Positions 60,576-64,000 of a stretch of DNA of 64,000 nucleotides are shown here, piece by piece (the first letter of the stretch is position 1; each line of letters starts with the position of its first letter). Made by a program: the position numbers and the translations under genes. Source of the DNA: Candidatus Kapaibacterium sp. (GTDB lineage: Bacteria; Bacteroidota; Ignavibacteria; Kapaibacteriales; UBA7675); NCBI GenBank assembly GCA_028284775.1, contig JANQRB010000074.1:3256-67255 (forward strand). The letters are read 5' to 3'. A model generated the notes under the pieces. It was not told the DNA's origin and searched no databases. It was given only the letters and a program-made list of their open reading frames with translations.

Positions 60576-61538
60576 TTGCGGCACTGTCTTGTTGGAAGTA
60601 AAGTCCCAGTCGGTATAGTCTTGCATTCCTTCCGTTTTTCCCATCCCGAAATGACCTAAGGTCTGAATTGATTACTTTGCATGTGATGCACATACTCGCC
60701 AGGGCAAGTATAGTTGAACATCGCAATCACGAGATTCAGTTAACTGGCGGGATACACTTCGGCCGTCGGAGTAGGTGTTTTGAGTTTGAGAATATTCGAA
60801 CATTACGAGTTATACTTTCCCGTTGCAGCGATTGCGAGAAGGAGGGGGGATGATTTTTTCCGGCACGGTTCCCGACCTTCAATACTTGGGATCCCCTTGA
60901 CGATGAGAACCTCTCCGACACCTTCACTGCTTTACGATCCTTTGCCAATAATTCAACTTCACAATTATGACCGATGCGCTTACCATCCGTTGCAACATAT
61001 TGCTGTTGCCCCACATTCAACTGGCTCCATTCTAAAAAATTTGCCTATTTAAGCCGCCAAAATCGAGGAATTTTTGTCCTCTTGAGTCTATCTCAATTAG
61101 AAGCCGATTTTTCGTATTCAATCCTGGCAGCCGGATAGCGCGGTCGTCACGACAAAGTGATGATAGTGTTAGAGCAATGATCGATACTGATGGAATCAGT
61201 GTAATCATTAAAACGGTTGTACAGGCAGGGCTTTCGGCTTCGCAGGCGCGACAATAGAATGCCCACATTTTGATTCCGATCCATTCCGTCGTCTTTCTGG
61301 CAACTCTTAAGATTGATTGTGTTCTCACGTTGAATGCAAGGGTGATCCCGGCCTGTGCACGCAACACAATTTTAGCTTGATTCGGACTGCACGCGAAAGT
61401 ACCGAATTCAGTCGTGCAATTGCTGAGAATTATTTAACAACTCTTTAGAAATGCCAGCGACTTAACTACCCAGCTACCTGATTTCTCTGCCCTACCCACA
61501 GAGTTAATCTTGTAAAACTACACGATCGATTTATACTT

Positions 61539-62414
61539 ATGAAAACTTCACGGTTTGGACGCGTGTGCGCCCTGTGCCTGGGTATTTATGTATTTCTGGC
61601 GGGGACAAGGGTAGCGGCTGACGAAAAACTGCTAATCTTTGACTTCAATCGCGACTGCGCGGCGGATACTTTATGCGGAGATATCAATGGCGATACGGTC
61701 GTCCCGACGCATATCCGCTGGGGCGATCATGCACCATGTCCGCCGCCGCCCGATCCCTTTCCCGACTCACTGCGGCATGCCCGCACGATGCTTAAACTGC
61801 CGCCCTGGCTGTGTATGAAGGTCATGGCGATCGCGGCGAATATGAATGCGGCGCAGGATGCGACAGATGACCTTACGATGTTTATGAAGGGCAAAAGCGA
61901 GGACGGCCAGGGCGGCTACCTCGACATGAAATGCGTCCTGCTGGTCTTTGGCCGTTACGGTCTGGATACGCTGGATACCTTGAATCTCTGTCTGGTGACC
62001 TCATCATCACTCAGCCTGCCCTTTGCGGCAATGAAGCTGAGCAGCAGCAACTTCAGCCGACCGACGGAGCTGTGGCCGGGTTTCAACAGCGCCCTGGCAT
62101 CACCCCTGACCATACCGACGCCCAAGGAGGGCATCGAAGCCTCGTCCGCCGCAGCGCCGGCGTTGAGCGGCAGCATCAGTCCGACACCCAGTAAGGATCA
62201 TGCGCTGCTCACGGTTCGTGGCCTGCCCGCCACAAGGCAGCACTTTCACATTGTCGATGCGCGCGGACGCCCTGTCCAGCGCTTCAGTCTGCCCGGCGGC
62301 CCGGAGCTACAGCATCGCCTCGACCTCAGTGCCCTGGCGGCGGGACAGTACTCCATTCTTGTCGCGCCCGATCAGACTTACTCGCTCAGGCTGCCCCTTA
62401 TTATCGTTCGTTAA
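61539..62414 (+). CDS. Secreted protein with a T9SS-type C-terminal sorting domain.
   Basis: Signal peptide RVCALCLGIYVFLAG. The C-terminus GQYSILVAPDQTYSLRLPLIIVR resembles the T9SS CTD. The middle is low-complexity Ser/Ala/Pro-rich. Confidence 0.45.
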   Translation: MKTSRFGRVCALCLGIYVFLAGTRVAADEKLLIFDFNRDCAADTLCGDINGDTVVPTHIRWGDHAPCPPPPDPFPDSLRHARTMLKLPPWLCMKVMAIAANMNAAQDATDDLTMFMKGKSEDGQGGYLDMKCVLLVFGRYGLDTLDTLNLCLVTSSSLSLPFAAMKLSSSNFSRPTELWPGFNSALASPLTIPTPKEGIEASSAAAPALSGSISPTPSKDHALLTVRGLPATRQHFHIVDARGRPVQRFSLPGGPELQHRLDLSALAAGQYSILVAPDQTYSLRLPLIIVR

Positions 62415-62477
62415 GCGCACGCGCTGTCGGTACTACAGTTCTATTGTCAATATTTCCCACGATTCAAGATACATACA

Positions 62478-64000
62478 ATGAATATTTTCAATCGCATCGT
62501 CCTGTGCGGTCTCGCCGCGCTCTGCTTGCTTGTTTACTCTGACGCGCCGCTGCGCGCGCAATATTCCGGCTATGTGCTCAACATGGAGCACGCCGCCGAC
62601 CTGCACAATGAACATGGCATGTTCAACGGTTCGTCGGTCTTGGTCGATGGTAACCTCCAGGTGTCGAATTCCACCGGAGTTGTTAGCTATTCCTATCCGA
62701 TATCGAATCACAGCGTGATGGGCACGCCAATTCCGGTGAGCTTGAACTACTGCGGCTCGGTAAAGTTTACTGCCTACCGCCATTTTTATGCCGGCAGCGA
62801 CGGTGCCGACCCTGAATACAGTGTCTTGTGGCCGGAATTCGGCGAGTCGGTGACGGTCTTCAATGGAGTGCCGAACGCTTCACACTACGACTCGTGGACA
62901 CAATTTTCCGTTCAGCGCCCGGCATGGGTCATTTCGGTCGGCGGCTTCGCTGTGCAGGTGCTCCACCACAATACGGATTTAACCTTTGACTACGACGTCA
63001 TCGGCAATGATCAGCTCGAATTTTTTGATGGAGCCTTTAACTGGAACGTCGACGGCTACGATGTCTGCGGCGGTATGAATCTGTTTCAGAACAATGAAGA
63101 CAGAGATCGCATCCGCCTGCTGCGCGGCGACGGCTCAGTGCTGGAATTACGCAACCGCGTGTTTAAGGAATACAGCTCCGACAGCGATCCTTACAAGTCG
63201 GCAGATCTCTGGACGGGCTATTACTATCCGGACAACTCCAATCCTTCAGGATATGCAATAGTCGAAGTCAATCAATCAGGCTTTGAGATTCTTCAGAATC
63301 GTACGGGCATCGGAGCCGACGATGTCGGCTATGCGCCGCGCATCGTGCGCTGGTTTCCGGGCGACGGCCTGGAGTATGTGTTTTACGAGGAAAAAATGCC
63401 CTACGGCGAGGCCGCCTACAAAGGCCACATACGCAAGGGCAATAAGTCCAGTGGGACAAGTATGTTTTATCTGCGCGAAATTAACAGCTCCGCCGGTCTT
63501 GTGAACAGCATCGGCTACGCACGTCACTATGACGTCTTCGAACCCTCCACCGGACGCGCGGTGATGACGGATCTGCACGGCCACCGTTTTTCCTATTCCA
63601 ATTCCGGTGTGTCCATTGATGCGCTCGGACGCAATATCAAGGTGTTCTTTTCGGCGACGGGCCGCGGTCATGCCGCGGGCAGCGCTCTGCCGCTGGGCAG
63701 CCTGGGCTACGCCGGCTACGGCGCTGAATCCTACAGCTCCTGGACCGGCATGGTTAAATGGATCGTGGATCCCGAGGGCCGCCGTACAGATTTCAGCTAT
63801 GACGACCACTTACGCGTCTATCAGGACTTTAACTTCCCGGTGAAAAACTCTGACTCCGGTCCGGTGAAGCTGACACTCAGTCACAAACGCCTGGCTACGA
63901 TCAAAACACCCACCTTCGATCAGCAGCTAAGCTACTACAATGGCGGCATAGAGACAATCACCGGCAGTTTCGCCGAATCGAATACAAGCCCGCCCTTTGT
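62478..64000 (+). CDS. Secreted protein, 3'-partial (no stop before the window end; absent from the ORF track), with RHS/YD-repeat-like segments.
   Basis: ATG at 62478 followed by an uninterrupted frame to nt 64000, by manual translation. Signal peptide LCGLAALCLLVYSDAPLRAQ. YD-like motifs GRRTDFSYDDHLRVY and GDGLEYVFYEE. Confidence 0.45.
   Translation, partial: MNIFNRIVLCGLAALCLLVYSDAPLRAQYSGYVLNMEHAADLHNEHGMFNGSSVLVDGNLQVSNSTGVVSYSYPISNHSVMGTPIPVSLNYCGSVKFTAYRHFYAGSDGADPEYSVLWPEFGESVTVFNGVPNASHYDSWTQFSVQRPAWVISVGGFAVQVLHHNTDLTFDYDVIGNDQLEFFDGAFNWNVDGYDVCGGMNLFQNNEDRDRIRLLRGDGSVLELRNRVFKEYSSDSDPYKSADLWTGYYYPDNSNPSGYAIVEVNQSGFEILQNRTGIGADDVGYAPRIVRWFPGDGLEYVFYEEKMPYGEAAYKGHIRKGNKSSGTSMFYLREINSSAGLVNSIGYARHYDVFEPSTGRAVMTDLHGHRFSYSNSGVSIDALGRNIKVFFSATGRGHAAGSALPLGSLGYAGYGAESYSSWTGMVKWIVDPEGRRTDFSYDDHLRVYQDFNFPVKNSDSGPVKLTLSHKRLATIKTPTFDQQLSYYNGGIETITGSFAESNTSPPF

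Noticed and set aside
1-64000. Search for CRISPR arrays, IS elements/transposases, integrases, rRNA and tRNA genes.
   Set aside because: I saw no regularly spaced direct repeats, no DDE/tyrosine-recombinase-like ORFs and no rRNA/tRNA-like conserved blocks. Absence is by eye only, not computed.

Overview
This 64 kb window looks like a bacterial chromosomal segment of about 55% GC with mixed gene orientation and no rRNA, tRNA, CRISPR or obvious mobile-element genes. Three secreted proteins end in T9SS-type C-terminal sorting domains, and there are two SusC-like TonB-dependent receptors (SusC is the Bacteroidota outer-membrane starch-uptake receptor), so an organism from the Bacteroidota/FCB supergroup is likely (inference).

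The first ~24 kb reads as core genome: a large Ig-repeat surface protein, a P5C dehydrogenase (pruA/rocA), an FAD-dependent oxidoreductase, an ECF sigma/anti-sigma pair, an OmpA-like protein, a TonB-dependent receptor, DksA/TraR, YciI and GNAT proteins. The rest has lower and patchier GC and looks accessory.

Two co-directional clusters stand out.

(A) 25.9-33.3 kb: a polyprenyl-phosphate-sugar-type GT2 glycosyltransferase next to a large GT-C-like membrane protein, with two SAM methyltransferases, an HpcH/HpaI aldolase-like protein, a D-2-hydroxyacid dehydrogenase and an HTTM-like membrane protein. This is a candidate lipid-linked glycan or cell-envelope modification locus.

(B) 53.3-59.6 kb: a tight six-gene operon of two small unknowns, an agmatine/peptidylarginine-deiminase-like enzyme, a type-I asparaginase fold with a novel ~150 aa C-terminal extension, a V4R-domain protein and a PNP/MTAN-fold nucleoside phosphorylase/nucleosidase with an extra N-terminal helical domain. 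I know of no described system with this composition. It is the best candidate here for a novel system, either a defence or signalling module or a small-molecule pathway.

Also present:
- three paralogous TPR + LuxR-HTH regulators;
- two paralogous helical proteins of unknown function that flank the accessory clusters;
- a ~3.4 kb AT-rich islet (AraC, SRPBCC, dienelactone-hydrolase-like, SDR);
- a 1.7 kb ORF-free region with two minus-strand intrinsic terminators, which may hold a structured ncRNA;
- partial CDSs that run off both window edges and are missing from the ORF track.
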